A stretch of DNA of 64,000 nucleotides from Eimeria praecox. Its lineage: Eukaryota. Location of the stretch: the NCBI GenBank assembly GCA_963920595.1, contig OY986950.1, positions 1,240,001 through 1,304,000 on the forward strand, written 5' to 3'. The notes beneath the pieces are model-generated. The model was given only the letters and a program-made list of their open reading frames with translations, made no database searches and was not told the DNA's origin. The position numbers were made by a program, and so were the translations under genes. Positions 31,014 through 42,782 of the stretch are shown in pieces (position 1 is the first letter of the stretch; each line of letters opens with the position of its first letter).

Positions 31014-33323
31014 ATGCCGCTCTCCGTCTTCCACATCCCTGTGCACTGGCTGGGTATTGTGGCTCTGCTTCTAAATGATGTTGAAGCGCACATATCCACC
31101 TTCCAAGGCCAATATGGCCTTTATACAGAAACTTTGGAAGGTGACGCCACCTCAAACGCCTCGTTAGTGATGGATTCTTTGCAGGAACCTGATCGCACCG
31201 ACGCAACATTCTCTGAGCCCGGATTGGCAAGCATGTCAAATCTAGCAGCAGACACTGCAGACTCCAATCACACAATTTCAATAAATATGGTATCTCCAGA
31301 AGGCGTATCGCAATCTGGTTTAGCTCAGGAGGGCGTGGCAGGCAAACCGGCTCAGCCCCAGAATGGCAAGTGGGGGCGAATTCTGCATAACTCGGCATTT
31401 ATTACTGGAGTTCTGCTTTCTATTGCGTGCTTGGGGCTCCTCGCAACGGGACCTCTGCCAGAGTCTGAGTCTCCAAGTCTGAAAAGGTCACTTCAGGCGC
31501 GAGGGGCGAAGGGGCAGGAACAGAAGCGAAAGCAGAAGGAGCGGCGGCAGCACGAACAGCAGGCGGAGACGAAACGACAGCAAGAGAAACAGGAGAAGAC
31601 ACAGGAAGATCAGCAGGCTCAGGGGCATAAGGAACAAGAAGTGCAACAACCAAAGGGAGAAATTGCGGGTGAAGGGAAGGTGTTGATGCAGGAGCTGGAA
31701 GAGATGGAGAAGCTGGATACGCTGCTTGCCAAATTAAATAAAACTTTAAGGGATGCTGACAACCGTGTGACTGCAGCTAGTCAAGATCTCCGCAGCTGTT
31801 TAGAGAACGTTAGACAGGTGCAGCAGAAGCTCCTGGATGGCTCATTCAACCCGGGGGAATCGCCTGAGAATGAAGTGCGAAACATTTTGAATAAGACCGC
31901 CTTAGCTACCTCTCGATTGTATGAAGCCACTAGACAACAGGGTCTGTGGCAGGCGAAGAGAGGGAAGAGTATTGCGCCTCCCCCTGTTCTTTCTAGTCAG
32001 GAGTTGGAGGCATTCGATAGAGTGAGCCCAGCAGTAGCGGATCCTCTATCTTACCAAATGGAGAATTTGATGTACTCTTTCCATTCGTCTATGCAGCAAA
32101 TACCAAAGATTCATTCCGAGTTGAAGATGCTCCCTGAATCTGTTGAGGGAAATAGCAAACTGAGACTGATGCTATCTGTAGTTGGTGCCGACGCCGCCTT
32201 CCTAGAAGGAGCAGTTCAAGCTGCACAGGCAGGGCGGCGTGCTATAGTTGAATTGTTAGATTCTGCGACTACATTGATGGTGTCTCATGTCACGCGGGAG
32301 CAGACAAATATATACAGGGAATGTCGAGATCGCTTAGGTGAATGGAAGATACTCTCCAGCATAGAGAGGCTCCGGCACCAATCTCATCCTCAAGAGAACG
32401 CCGCAGCTACCCTAGCAGCACTCGACGAGATAGACACTATTTTGAAGGAAGGAGGACAGCTGCTAGGGAAGCACAAGGGGGAGATCGAAGACCTAAAGAG
32501 ACAAATGAACATAGGATCTGCACAGGAAGCGAGCGAGCGGGCAGGCTGTACAGGAGAAAAGCTGACGGCATTGCTAGAGGCCGTCGCGTCTCGCATGAGT
32601 TTGATTCCCGGTATCGCGGGAACAACTGAGGGTGTTAGCAACCCAGAGGTGAAACGCGCAGTGGAAGAAGTAGCTTCAAGGGCCCAGAGGGAAGCGGCAA
32701 CTGCTTTTAGAAGAGCTGCATTTGTTTTAAAAGGGAAGCTCGATCGGGGGATTTCTCAGTTGTTATTATCGAGGACAAAGCAGGCACAGGGCAATGCAGA
32801 GGCTCTGAAGAATAGATTAACGAACTCGTGGATCTTAGAGAGACTGCAGCGTTCGCTGGAGGCAGTTGAAAGGCAGCTAGAGAGAGCTACCCAGTCTCGC
32901 GATGCAGCAGCAGAATCAGAGGAGGATAGTGATGATCCAGTGAAGCGTATGAAGAAGCTCGTGGAAAATGCAAGGAAAGCTGATGCAGAGGCCGAAGCCC
33001 TTCTGAAGGAAGGAGAGCTTGTGTTGCTTCAGTTGCAGCTTCTAGAATCTCTGGAAATTGACGTACAGCTCAGCGTCAGTATCGCACACAGAGCAGCAGC
33101 TTTGACACAACTGGGGCAGCACGAAGAAGCGGTTGATCCCAGTAGGAAGCAACATACTGAAGCTCTGATGAAACAAGTGATGGCCTTAAAGGAGGCAGCT
33201 AGGATGCAAACAGAGTTGAAAGGCCTAGCGTCGACAGCAGCAGCATTGAGAGCAGCTGCCATACACCTTGTTACAGCGTGCCAGGCAGACCACCGAAACC
33301 GAGTCCGTACTTTGCTAACTTAA
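31014..33323 (+). CDS. Uncharacterised family paralogue 2, intronless, ~769 aa
   Basis: First ATG at 31014 (MPLSVFHIPVHWLGIVALLLNDVEAH); TM SAFITGVLLSIACLGLLATG; motifs YRECRDRL, LLQLQLLESLEIDV, LASTAAALR. Confidence 0.88.
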   Translation: MPLSVFHIPVHWLGIVALLLNDVEAHISTFQGQYGLYTETLEGDATSNASLVMDSLQEPDRTDATFSEPGLASMSNLAADTADSNHTISINMVSPEGVSQSGLAQEGVAGKPAQPQNGKWGRILHNSAFITGVLLSIACLGLLATGPLPESESPSLKRSLQARGAKGQEQKRKQKERRQHEQQAETKRQQEKQEKTQEDQQAQGHKEQEVQQPKGEIAGEGKVLMQELEEMEKLDTLLAKLNKTLRDADNRVTAASQDLRSCLENVRQVQQKLLDGSFNPGESPENEVRNILNKTALATSRLYEATRQQGLWQAKRGKSIAPPPVLSSQELEAFDRVSPAVADPLSYQMENLMYSFHSSMQQIPKIHSELKMLPESVEGNSKLRLMLSVVGADAAFLEGAVQAAQAGRRAIVELLDSATTLMVSHVTREQTNIYRECRDRLGEWKILSSIERLRHQSHPQENAAATLAALDEIDTILKEGGQLLGKHKGEIEDLKRQMNIGSAQEASERAGCTGEKLTALLEAVASRMSLIPGIAGTTEGVSNPEVKRAVEEVASRAQREAATAFRRAAFVLKGKLDRGISQLLLSRTKQAQGNAEALKNRLTNSWILERLQRSLEAVERQLERATQSRDAAAESEEDSDDPVKRMKKLVENARKADAEAEALLKEGELVLLQLQLLESLEIDVQLSVSIAHRAAALTQLGQHEEAVDPSRKQHTEALMKQVMALKEAARMQTELKGLASTAAALRAAAIHLVTACQADHRNRVRTLLT

Positions 33324-33980
33324 GAAGGGCACCAGACACAACGTTTTCATCCCCCAGGCTTAGTGAGCCTCCGTTCTGCGGCATCAGTTTGGCTCGGCGT
33401 GTTTGTCTTCCAGCCCTGAAGTGCTTTGTAGGCGCGGCGCGCAGCGATCAATCCAGCAATACAGACCAGGGTGCGGCATTTTAGTTATTGCCTGTCATTA
33501 GGGCTTTGAGCTAAACGGATAAGGCTGACTCAAGTGCCGCCATCGGTGTTTTGTGTGTGAGCGGGTGTATTCTTCGGCGAACGAAAGCACGCTCATCTTC
33601 CTGAGGAGATGTAAGGAATCATCTCGCGGGAATGTATTGGGAGACGAGGGTTGCAGTGTACAGTGTACAATGTACTGAAGGAGGAGGCCTCGAATCTCTC
33701 CGTATTCACGGCTTAAAAGAGTGCTCAAGAATGCATAGAGAGTGATCTGATGTGACCTCCATTTTCTCCAGTGGCTTTCAGTGCGGCGAGTTTGCTTAGC
33801 AAACATTTCTGCTAAGCAACAGCTTAGGGAAAAGCCTAAGCTTCAAATTAAACATGAAAGGCTAACAATGCCTTTCGAGGCACTGTATTAGAGGTGGGTC
33901 TTTCTCACTTCTCATCATGCCTAGAAGCAAGGACACCGGTACGGTCCTTATGCTTATCTAGATATACGCAAGCATATATA

Positions 33981-33984
<4 letters not shown>

Positions 33985-34043
<59 letters not shown>
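33985..34043. repeat. (TA)n microsatellite
   Basis: Isolated TA run within the repeat-poor island. Confidence 0.9.
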
Positions 34044-34046
<3 letters not shown>

Positions 34047-36842
34047 CATGTATGCGTGCCTGCTCTTACAGATTTACATGATTAGGCTTCAATCATACTA
34101 GTGATCTATAAATGTAGGGTCACCCGCTGTAGAAAAGGTTGCAGCAATGACGCTTCACCTCATTTTACGATGAGGTGCTCGTGGCGGCTGAACCGCCACC
34201 AACAGCAGCAATCGCTGCTATTATTGTTTCGTACTAGTTCTACTCGGTCGGTTGGGTGCTAAACGCTCTATCAACCGTGTGAGTCTTTGGACTTGATTTT
34301 GAATAGTTCGTTAGCTTTTAGAAGCTTACTTTGATGAAGGTAACCCCCGTTGGATAAAGTTTATAACGTGTTGTTCTGGTAGGGGCCTTGTAGGAGTCAC
34401 CACTAAGACAATTCATATTCAGTTGGATGAGCAGGTGCCCGCTGAAATCAACAACTTGATGAGGCTACCTTAACCAGCCATAACTGCACAGCGCTGGTGT
34501 GCCTCTGTCAACTATCTATCTTCATTTTGGGGTTTCCCGTTGAGCTGTAATGCCATCGCCATTGATTGGATTAGCAATTTTTATGAGATTCGTTGGACGA
34601 TGTGCCGTTTTGGTTGCTATCTTGTTAAGCGCCTCCCCTGTGGAGTTGTGGCTGTCTCCAGAATCCCGAAGCTAGACACATTTCACATATGGTTTCCGTG
34701 CACTGGGCCACGCGATTAAAGGTTATGATGCTCTAGTATGCCACAAACTTTGCCTAAGGCATGCTTGGCACTATGGGGGTGCTCGGTTGTACAGGTTACA
34801 GGCTGAGGTGCAACAGCAGGTGGTTGGATGAACCCAGCTGCTGTTGCACGTCAAGTTAGCCTGTGTGCATTCACAAGTACATGCTGGCTCATGCGCCCCC
34901 ATCCATGGTCCATGGGCCCCATGCAGCCGTTTTCTGAATAAGGCGTACGCTGGGCCTTTTAACGGTTCGTTGCTTCCCTGTTCCGTTCTTACTAGCTGTC
35001 TCAGGACAGCTGAAATTGGTCTGAGTACAGCAGATCTGCATCTACTGCGGCACTATTGTGTTGGTGTTGGCTCTTTTGTGTCAGATGCAAGGAGTTGACT
35101 TCATGACCAGGCCGGGGACTTTGTTGAACAATTGTCTGCTCATTGCTTTATCTTCTGTTTCGCAACGCACAGCAAACAAATACAAAATGAATATTTCACG
35201 TTAAATAGAAGGCTCGTCAGCGAGTGTATCGTTGATGTTTTCGGTGGACATCGTGCTCGGTATATTTTCACCTCTGACGTGAAGATAATATCAAGGATCA
35301 AGGGCTTTATCTTATAACCATGGGAATAAGAGGAAATCTGACTTCGTGTTCGTTGTGTGTGGAGCATTTATGATGTAGTAAGCGCACCCCGTGTAAGCAT
35401 CATCAGCAACAGGTGATTGTTAGGTTGCCTGAACTGCGTCGCCGTTCAGAATATACGCAAGACTGTCTTGCTTAAGCGAACAAAGTGCTTCTTGAGGCCC
35501 CAGTGGCAGCTCTAGGATCGACAACAGAAACCCTAACAGCATTGGTGAAGCCTTCATCTTTGTTTAGGGGTAATCACGCCCCACCAACTGAATCCATCGT
35601 GCTGGCCTTTTTATCGTGATGACTCGAGTGGTCCTAAATGCTGAAAATGGATGCTTTGGGGGAAAGTGATAGCGCGGCAAAGTGAATCAGGTGCAGCTAT
35701 TCGCGCGTATCAAGCTCATTGCATTTAGTCAAGTGGCTGCAGTAATGGTGTTGAACAGTTTATCTACTGAAGCTGATGTCGTTTGGTAAATCGAGGGAAA
35801 ATGCAAATATTGCGACGCAGGATACCTTGCTACAACTTGTGTTGCAGGGCGCCCATCCATGCATGTATAGAAAGCCCCCCTATTGCATGCACAAACATTG
35901 TAGAAGAAAGTTAAAGACACATACTTGGCCTCCAATTGCCTTCCTGTATTCAAGTAGAAGAGCACCTACCAATTCTAAAGAGGCCGTGTACGCCTCCATT
36001 CCCCTGTGTAGCTGCACCCAGGAAGACTGGGGGTTAGAGTGTAAGCCATAGACTTCATAGGAATTATTATATTAGGCATTTGGAATATATGGCTGATCAT
36101 GATCTACCCCCCCCCCTACGAGTGAGGACTTGGGTTTTAATGCGCCTCGCAGACTACCCGTCTCTAGTCTGTACTAAACAGAAGCTTGCGAAGAAAACAA
36201 TATGAAAAACGCACTTAAGTAAACATAAGAAGTCATAGATAGCAAATATTTCCCTTAGCTTTTCATTCATAGCACTCGAAGATATCGCACAGCGTGCAGA
36301 GTGCGGAAGTAGACTTCGAATGCCTGCTGTCGTGAGGTAGACATGGTGTATATTTGTTCTTATCCCTTCTTAAAAGTGAAACCCTATAATGTTGTTTACT
36401 GTAGAGTACATAAATAAATAGATTATTTCTTCGTTAAAAACAAGCGCTGAGTTACACAACAAAAGAGCTGCAGCCGCCGACAGTGTTGGGCTTTGTTGCG
36501 GCTTTGCAGCTTCTGTAGCTGCTCTTGGGCCCGATTCCTACGTCCCCCGTCCTCCGTTTTAGATTTTTACGAGGGTAAACTTGGATTAGCTTCATTTGAT
36601 AAGAGGAAATTTATCTTCATTTGAGCATCAGTTGTAACGAATTCGGTCTAGGGGTCGTTCAGGCTGGCCGACCTGGACGGGCGAGATTTGTCTCCCATCC
36701 CCGAAGCTATGGCGTTTTTAAGAAACAGGCCGATCTTCTTCTCTCTTTGTTTTCTTGTCTATTCACTGTTTCGAGGGATCTGTGACTTTGTAGGGCCCCG
36801 TAGACTAGATACCAGGAGTCGCTGAGCCCCAGTGACCGAAGG

Positions 36843-38966
36843 ATGCGATATCTGTCTGCTTCGGCACTTTCATGTTGGCTGTACACCGTCTTTGTCAAGT
36901 GGGTAGCGGCCATTAATCCTCCCAACTCTGTCTGGAATGGAGTACAGATGGAATCAACGGGGGAGAGTCGTACGGTGGCAGGCTCGTGGGGTGATGGATA
37001 TCCCACGGAGGACGCAGCTGTAACCAGAACACTTCTCTTTGACTATGCACATGCTGACTCATTTTCTGCTAATTTAGACTCGAGCGCCGTCAGTGTGGCA
37101 AGTATAAGTGCCTCTGCCGTACCAGCAGCCTTCTCTCCCACCGAAACCATTCACGAAACCGCAGCTCCCCCACCGCCTTCACCACAGAAGAACAACGACA
37201 AAAAACGATGTGCCCCTCCAGTATTAGGTGCTGCTGCTATGGTGTTTGTTGCCTGTTTGGCGCTGCTCACATTTCGACCCGTGGGGGCGCTGAAGGGTAG
37301 GAAGACCGAAGCGAGTCCTCCCCGCGAGCAACAGCAGCTAGTGCGGACGAGCGATGATAGGGCTTTACTGAGGCAGCTGAAGGAATTGGAGAAGCTACAA
37401 CCTCTTGCTGCTTGGCTGGCAGGGATCGTGGACTCTGGAGAGTCACTTTCTGCTCTACAGAACTTCCGCAAGTGTGTAGAGGGGGCCAAGCAGGTACAGG
37501 AGGAGGCCTCATCTGGCTCGCTGAAGTCTTGGGGTTTGCCTGCGAGTGTAATGAAGGAGGCGTTGGACAGAGGCGTATCTGAATTGTCTCATCTGCTCGA
37601 ACTGACCCGCCAGCATGGGCTGTCGTTAGCACAAAAGACACTTGCAGTGTCTGTTCATTCCACTCTGTCGGAGCACGAGGTGAATGCTGTAGGCCAAATA
37701 GATATAGCTATATCAGCTTCTCTAGCCTTTCACTTGGAAAATATTGATATTGCTTGTCGAGCCTTCAAACGACGTGCGGCACAGGCGGAAGAAGAACTGC
37801 AGAGGCTGCCGGCGTTCAACGGATTGGAAGACCGGCAGCTGTTGCGTGCTGTTGCTTCACAAGTAGAGTTTATTAAAGCAGCCCATGAGACCGTGGAGGT
37901 GGGGAAACGTTGTGTTTCAGGCTTGTCATCGACTGCGAATGCAGTGATGCTGTCTCGTGTTGTACGTGATCAGCTGCGCATCTTCAGGGAGTGTCGAGAT
38001 CTCCTACAAGAGCAGCGAGCTCTGTGCAGGGGAGAAATTGAGCGGCAGCAGTCTTTTCGCGAAGATAATAGAGATGTATTGAGGAGGCTTGAGGCTATAG
38101 AAAGTATGCTGGATAGAGGAGATCGACTGCTGCCGATATACTGGGCAAAGATTGAACAGCTACAGAGAAGTACGGACATCCTGTGTGCTCAGGGAGCGGT
38201 GCAGCAAGTTGTAGGGGTTGGCAATGACCTTCAAGCCATTGTGGAAGCAGTGGAATCTAGTATTCATGCCATTCCAGGGGTAGCAGGTGCAGCAGAGGCT
38301 TCCGAAAACAGCGGAGTCCAGCGAACATTGAAAGCCCTGGCCTCAAGGGCAACCGAAGAGGCTGCAGCAGCGAGCAAAAGAGTGGCGGATATCCTAAAGG
38401 AAGTGCAGTTGGGAGAGCTTTTCTCTTCTTCTGTGGGGGAAACACAGGTGCAAGAACAGAATGAGGGTTCTGCGACGCAGACGGTAATTAATCCTGCCAT
38501 GTTGAAGCTGGTGGCGGAGTCGCTAGAACAACTTGAATACAACTCGAAGAGGAATTCACGCCAGTTTATGATTGCAGCAGCTGGAACCCCAAAGGAGTTA
38601 GCAGCTGCTGTTAAAAGAGCAACAAGGACTACAGAAGTGCTCGCCCAGGAGGCTGAGATGCTGTGGCTGCATTCACAGTTCTTGCATTCCGTCGAACAAG
38701 ATATGCAACTGAGCGCCAGGCTTGCACGAAGAGCGGCAGCCCTCCTGGGAGCAGGAGCCAGCAACATTCTAGGGGAAACCTTAGCGACCATCAAACTTCC
38801 CCCTCTAAAAAGAAAACAGATGGAAGCCGTCTTAAGTCAGATGAGGTTAGCTAAGGATACGGCAATGTCGCAGTGGACGTTGGGGGACCTGGTAGTAACG
38901 GCAGCAACAATGAAGGACGCAGCCTTAGATCTCTCATTGATGATAGAAGAACATTATCAAAATTGA
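36843..38966 (+). CDS. Uncharacterised family paralogue 3, intronless, 707 aa
   Basis: Hydrophobic N-terminus MRYLSASALSCWLYTVFVKWVAA; TM VLGAAAMVFVACLALLTF; motifs FRECRDLL, WLHSQFLHSVEQDM, LVVTAATMK. Confidence 0.9.
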   Translation: MRYLSASALSCWLYTVFVKWVAAINPPNSVWNGVQMESTGESRTVAGSWGDGYPTEDAAVTRTLLFDYAHADSFSANLDSSAVSVASISASAVPAAFSPTETIHETAAPPPPSPQKNNDKKRCAPPVLGAAAMVFVACLALLTFRPVGALKGRKTEASPPREQQQLVRTSDDRALLRQLKELEKLQPLAAWLAGIVDSGESLSALQNFRKCVEGAKQVQEEASSGSLKSWGLPASVMKEALDRGVSELSHLLELTRQHGLSLAQKTLAVSVHSTLSEHEVNAVGQIDIAISASLAFHLENIDIACRAFKRRAAQAEEELQRLPAFNGLEDRQLLRAVASQVEFIKAAHETVEVGKRCVSGLSSTANAVMLSRVVRDQLRIFRECRDLLQEQRALCRGEIERQQSFREDNRDVLRRLEAIESMLDRGDRLLPIYWAKIEQLQRSTDILCAQGAVQQVVGVGNDLQAIVEAVESSIHAIPGVAGAAEASENSGVQRTLKALASRATEEAAAASKRVADILKEVQLGELFSSSVGETQVQEQNEGSATQTVINPAMLKLVAESLEQLEYNSKRNSRQFMIAAAGTPKELAAAVKRATRTTEVLAQEAEMLWLHSQFLHSVEQDMQLSARLARRAAALLGAGASNILGETLATIKLPPLKRKQMEAVLSQMRLAKDTAMSQWTLGDLVVTAATMKDAALDLSLMIEEHYQN

Positions 38967-41147
38967 AGGCTTCCCTGTAAAAGTAAAGCATACACACATA
39001 CACCGGGCAGAGCAGAGGGTCTACAAGGCTGAGCATCGGCTTGTCTGTGTGCTTCCGTCCTCTACTTCGCTCCTTTTGTAGTGGGAGCACTAATAAAAGT
39101 AGGCTCGCAAGGAGAGGCCGAGAGAACAGCAGCGTGTCATCACAGAGAGGAGAGAGGTATTGTCTTCGTTAAAAGGAAACGCTGCATAAGATAGTTCTGA
39201 AGGTGGCAGCAGGCCGCCTTAGCTTCATGTGAGCATGTAGGCCGAGCGACGATCGCGAAGAAGCAGCTGACCGGGCTGCGGTTGCAGCTGCTCTCAATTT
39301 GGCTTCCGTTTACCTGCTTAGTAAACAGACATTGAGAGAAAGTCCAGCTAAGGGAGCGGCGTTCATGGCTCCTTTACTGAGCGTCATTAGGTGTACGGGG
39401 ATAAGAATGCCTCCGGCCCCTTGACGAGTATTCTGATGTCTTGAGGGGAGGGGGTGAGTTCCTCCTTGCTTGCGGTTTAAAAGAACCGCAGGCTTCCTCT
39501 TACTTCAACACACGAAAGTGTGTGTGTGGCTTCACCCCTAATATGTTCAACGTGGCCCCCATTAGCTTATGTCTCTAGAGGAGCGGAAGGTGGAAAGGGT
39601 ATTGTGTGCACACATGAGCAGTAATAGATGCCTTGGGTAATCCTTCATATTTAGGACGCATATCTGCGTGCGTACACTGTAAACAAATGCTGGGATCACC
39701 CAAACAAATGCAACTGCTCCCAGAATCGTGCCGAAGGACGTTTCTGTAGCATGCAGTGACATGGTTCGAACCCATTGCAGCAGGAGCGGCAGCACTACCA
39801 ACAGCTTACACAGCTGCTGCTGCTGCTGCTGCTGCAATGCGAATGCATTTTCCTGATCGCCTAGTTTGTTGTTTATGTTTTCAGGAGATGCTGTGACTGT
39901 TCCTGTCGTGCAGTGTACTAAATGCTCTTTTGCTTTCCTTCCTTCATGCATTTTGAGGGGCTCTCTGGGCATCTACAATTGGCTGTACTCCCGAGCAAAC
40001 AGTTTTCTGCTAGCGGATATGATCACGCACAAATGCTTCGTGGTGGCAAACAGAGCGGTTCGAGCAGGAGTAGAGGTGGTGTGAAGACAGCCGTTGGAAG
40101 CTTTTGAGCTTCCAAGCGTTGAAAAGATGCTGGTGCATCGATAGACGCAATGCCTCATTCAGAAATATATTATCAGCCGCTGCTGTTTAGAAATGCTGGC
40201 TCAAATAAATAAGAAAGCTCGAAGGATGGTAAAGCCTGAGGCATAAGCGTGACTGCTGGTAAGCCCAATATTTTGTCGTGGCAGGTTCGCTGGGGGTGCC
40301 TTTGGCGGCTCTTCTTTTGCTGCTAGTGCAAAGCATTGTCTCTGTAAGAATAAAGGCTTCTGACCACTTCCTCCTGCTGCTGCAGCAGACAGCGCGATGT
40401 CGCTGCAGGCATGTGGTGCCCCAGATGCAATTCAGCAGCCATGGAAGAACCAAAGCTTTGAGTACAGCAGCGCAGAAACAATTTCAGCAGTAGCTCCGAA
40501 AGGGCTGTCTGCGCTGCTGCTGGCGATGATGACGATCAGCGGCTGCAAGGGGCACGCTAATGGGGAAAACATATTCATATTCATTCCGAGGTTGAATTCA
40601 CAGCGGAGCTCGATGCCTATTCGAATTGTGTGGAATATCCTGCAGCATGTCGAGGCCAAAGTACTATACGCGTATGACTTGTCAAGCATTTTGGATGCCC
40701 CGGTTTATACCCTGTTCTTGTTTGCGTTTGATGTTGCAAGGCAAGCAATTCTTGCAAATCCCCAATGCAAACATGCAGCAGGTTTTTGCCACATAAGTGG
40801 CAAAGAAAGAAAGAACTGTTGTGATGAGGCATTTATACTTTTCCCAGAGAGCAGCAAAAGTTGCTGCCACTTATTACGTTATTACGTATGTTGTGGGGAA
40901 CATTTTGCACCCCTACCTCGCAGTTGTGCCTCTCGTCCCTCCGAGCAGCATAAACCTGCGCTTGGGGCTGGGCAGGAGAGGAGGCCGCCGCGTCTGGTGA
41001 CAGCATTCAAAGTAATCACCTATAAATGCGGGCGAGCATGTAGGGAAGCAATCCCATTTTACGTACGGACTCGGCCTATGGCCCTTCTGTTGTTTATTAG
41101 AATTTAGTGCAGGAACTATCTCTAAGTGCACCAACAAGTATAGCCAG

Positions 41148-41149
<2 letters not shown>

Positions 41150-41207
<58 letters not shown>
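41150..41207. repeat. (TA)n microsatellite
   Basis: Isolated TA run within the repeat-poor island. Confidence 0.9.
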
Positions 41208-41217
<10 letters not shown>

Positions 41218-42782
41218 GCCCCAGCGGTCGTCTCTACCAGCAGCCTCTTGTTGTGGCTATGCCTGGTATGCTCAGCTTCTGCGGGCAGGAGACGTACTCA
41301 TCCCTATTTTCTATTCTGTAGGCAAGGCACCCGCAGTTTCTCGTTTTGGGTCTGAGCCTTGCATGCACATACCTTCAATTGCTGCAGCCACATTCTAGAT
41401 CTTTTGCAAGAGCAATTGTTAATGGTAGACAGCTGATCTGGTAAACAAAAGCAAATGCTCGTGTTTGTATGACAAGCGATTTGTTTCCATGCCCTCCCGT
41501 CACGAATAGGAGTGTCCTTGATGAAGATGTGTACGCAGTTATTGAGCTTCTGTATCCAATAAGGAGAACCTCCACCTGCAGCGTTTGCTGCTGTCTCAGT
41601 TCTTTGTGCGTGTGCCACTACGGCCATGTCGCTCCCGTTGTGCAGACACATTCTTTTCTATGAGATGTGATTAGACAGAATAGGGCTGCCATGATGCATA
41701 AATGCTGCTCGCTCAACTGTCTTAAGATGTTGACTAGTGAACGATGCTCTGACTGCCCTCCCTAACTATTCAAACTAGGGTCCCAAATCTGTAGCCCACA
41801 ATTCCTTCGAAAAATAGCAAACGCATAGCTCAGAATTTCCTTGAAACCTAGCATAGGACGACGAAAAAGCCAGGATGGAGGATGAAAAACCGCAAGCACA
41901 GGCAAGCTTTCTTCTCATCACCCTCAAAGGCACAAGTATATGAATGACTTCATGCATTCGCCAACGAGCTGCTGCAGAAGGATCTAATGCGCAATGCTCC
42001 CATCATTTGAGGGTAGCATCTCTCTATGGCGACGTAAAAAACAATGTTGCGGAATGTATGCATATTGTTGTGTTATCTGTGTAATGCGAGCGTGACCTAC
42101 ACGTATATATTTGTGCGAGTATGTAGGCTGCTGCTGTCTCCGTCCATCTACGGTTCAAACAATCCTTTTGCTTACTGCACTGTCTCCGTGACACCGCAAG
42201 CCATTACCTCGTTGTTGCGTCAGTACGCACCAATGATAAGAAGATGCACGCACCCTTATGCCTCTTCTTGCAGCTCACGGCTACTTCAAGCCACCTGAAC
42301 GAAGGGCTAAGGGGCCCAGTAAGCGAAGACAGCCTCCACCTTGTGTATATACTACCTTGGTAATTGAGGGTAATCCCCCCGTCCTTCACGCTGCACTCCT
42401 CAGTTTAAAAAACTCCTTCTAGTCTGTCCAAGCGGTCCTGCCCTACAAGACAGAGGGGGGAAGCCGCGTTGGTCAAAGCTCCGCTGCCTCTGAATATTCT
42501 TCTTCGCTCCGTCCTCGCAGAACGCTGATGTCTTGCGGCTAGAAACCTCCTTACTCCACAGGCGTTCTCTACGAAAGAACAAGCATTCTATCCTCGGTTA
42601 TGTTCTCCATGCGTCTTTGCTGCGCATTTCTATGTGCTTCCTCTTTTGTGTATATCTGCCTTTGCTCGCGGCGCAGCTCAGCTCTCAGGATATAAAGAAG
42701 CAGAGAATCTCGGAGCCATACTACAGCACATTGCATATAACTATACCTGAGTAGAAAGAACTAATGATGCCTCATAGCCGCT

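Noticed and set aside
31014..33323. PEXEL/TEXEL-like export motif (KRSLQ after the TM of paralogue 2)
   Set aside because: Not conserved in the other three paralogues and does not fit RRL or RxLxE/Q/D.
28000..42700. Retrotransposon (chromovirus) remnants or a fifth degenerate paralogue in the intergenic gaps; ORFs 28249-28848 and 40397-41107
   Set aside because: No gag, RT, integrase or family motifs recognisable by eye; a TBLASTN search would be needed.
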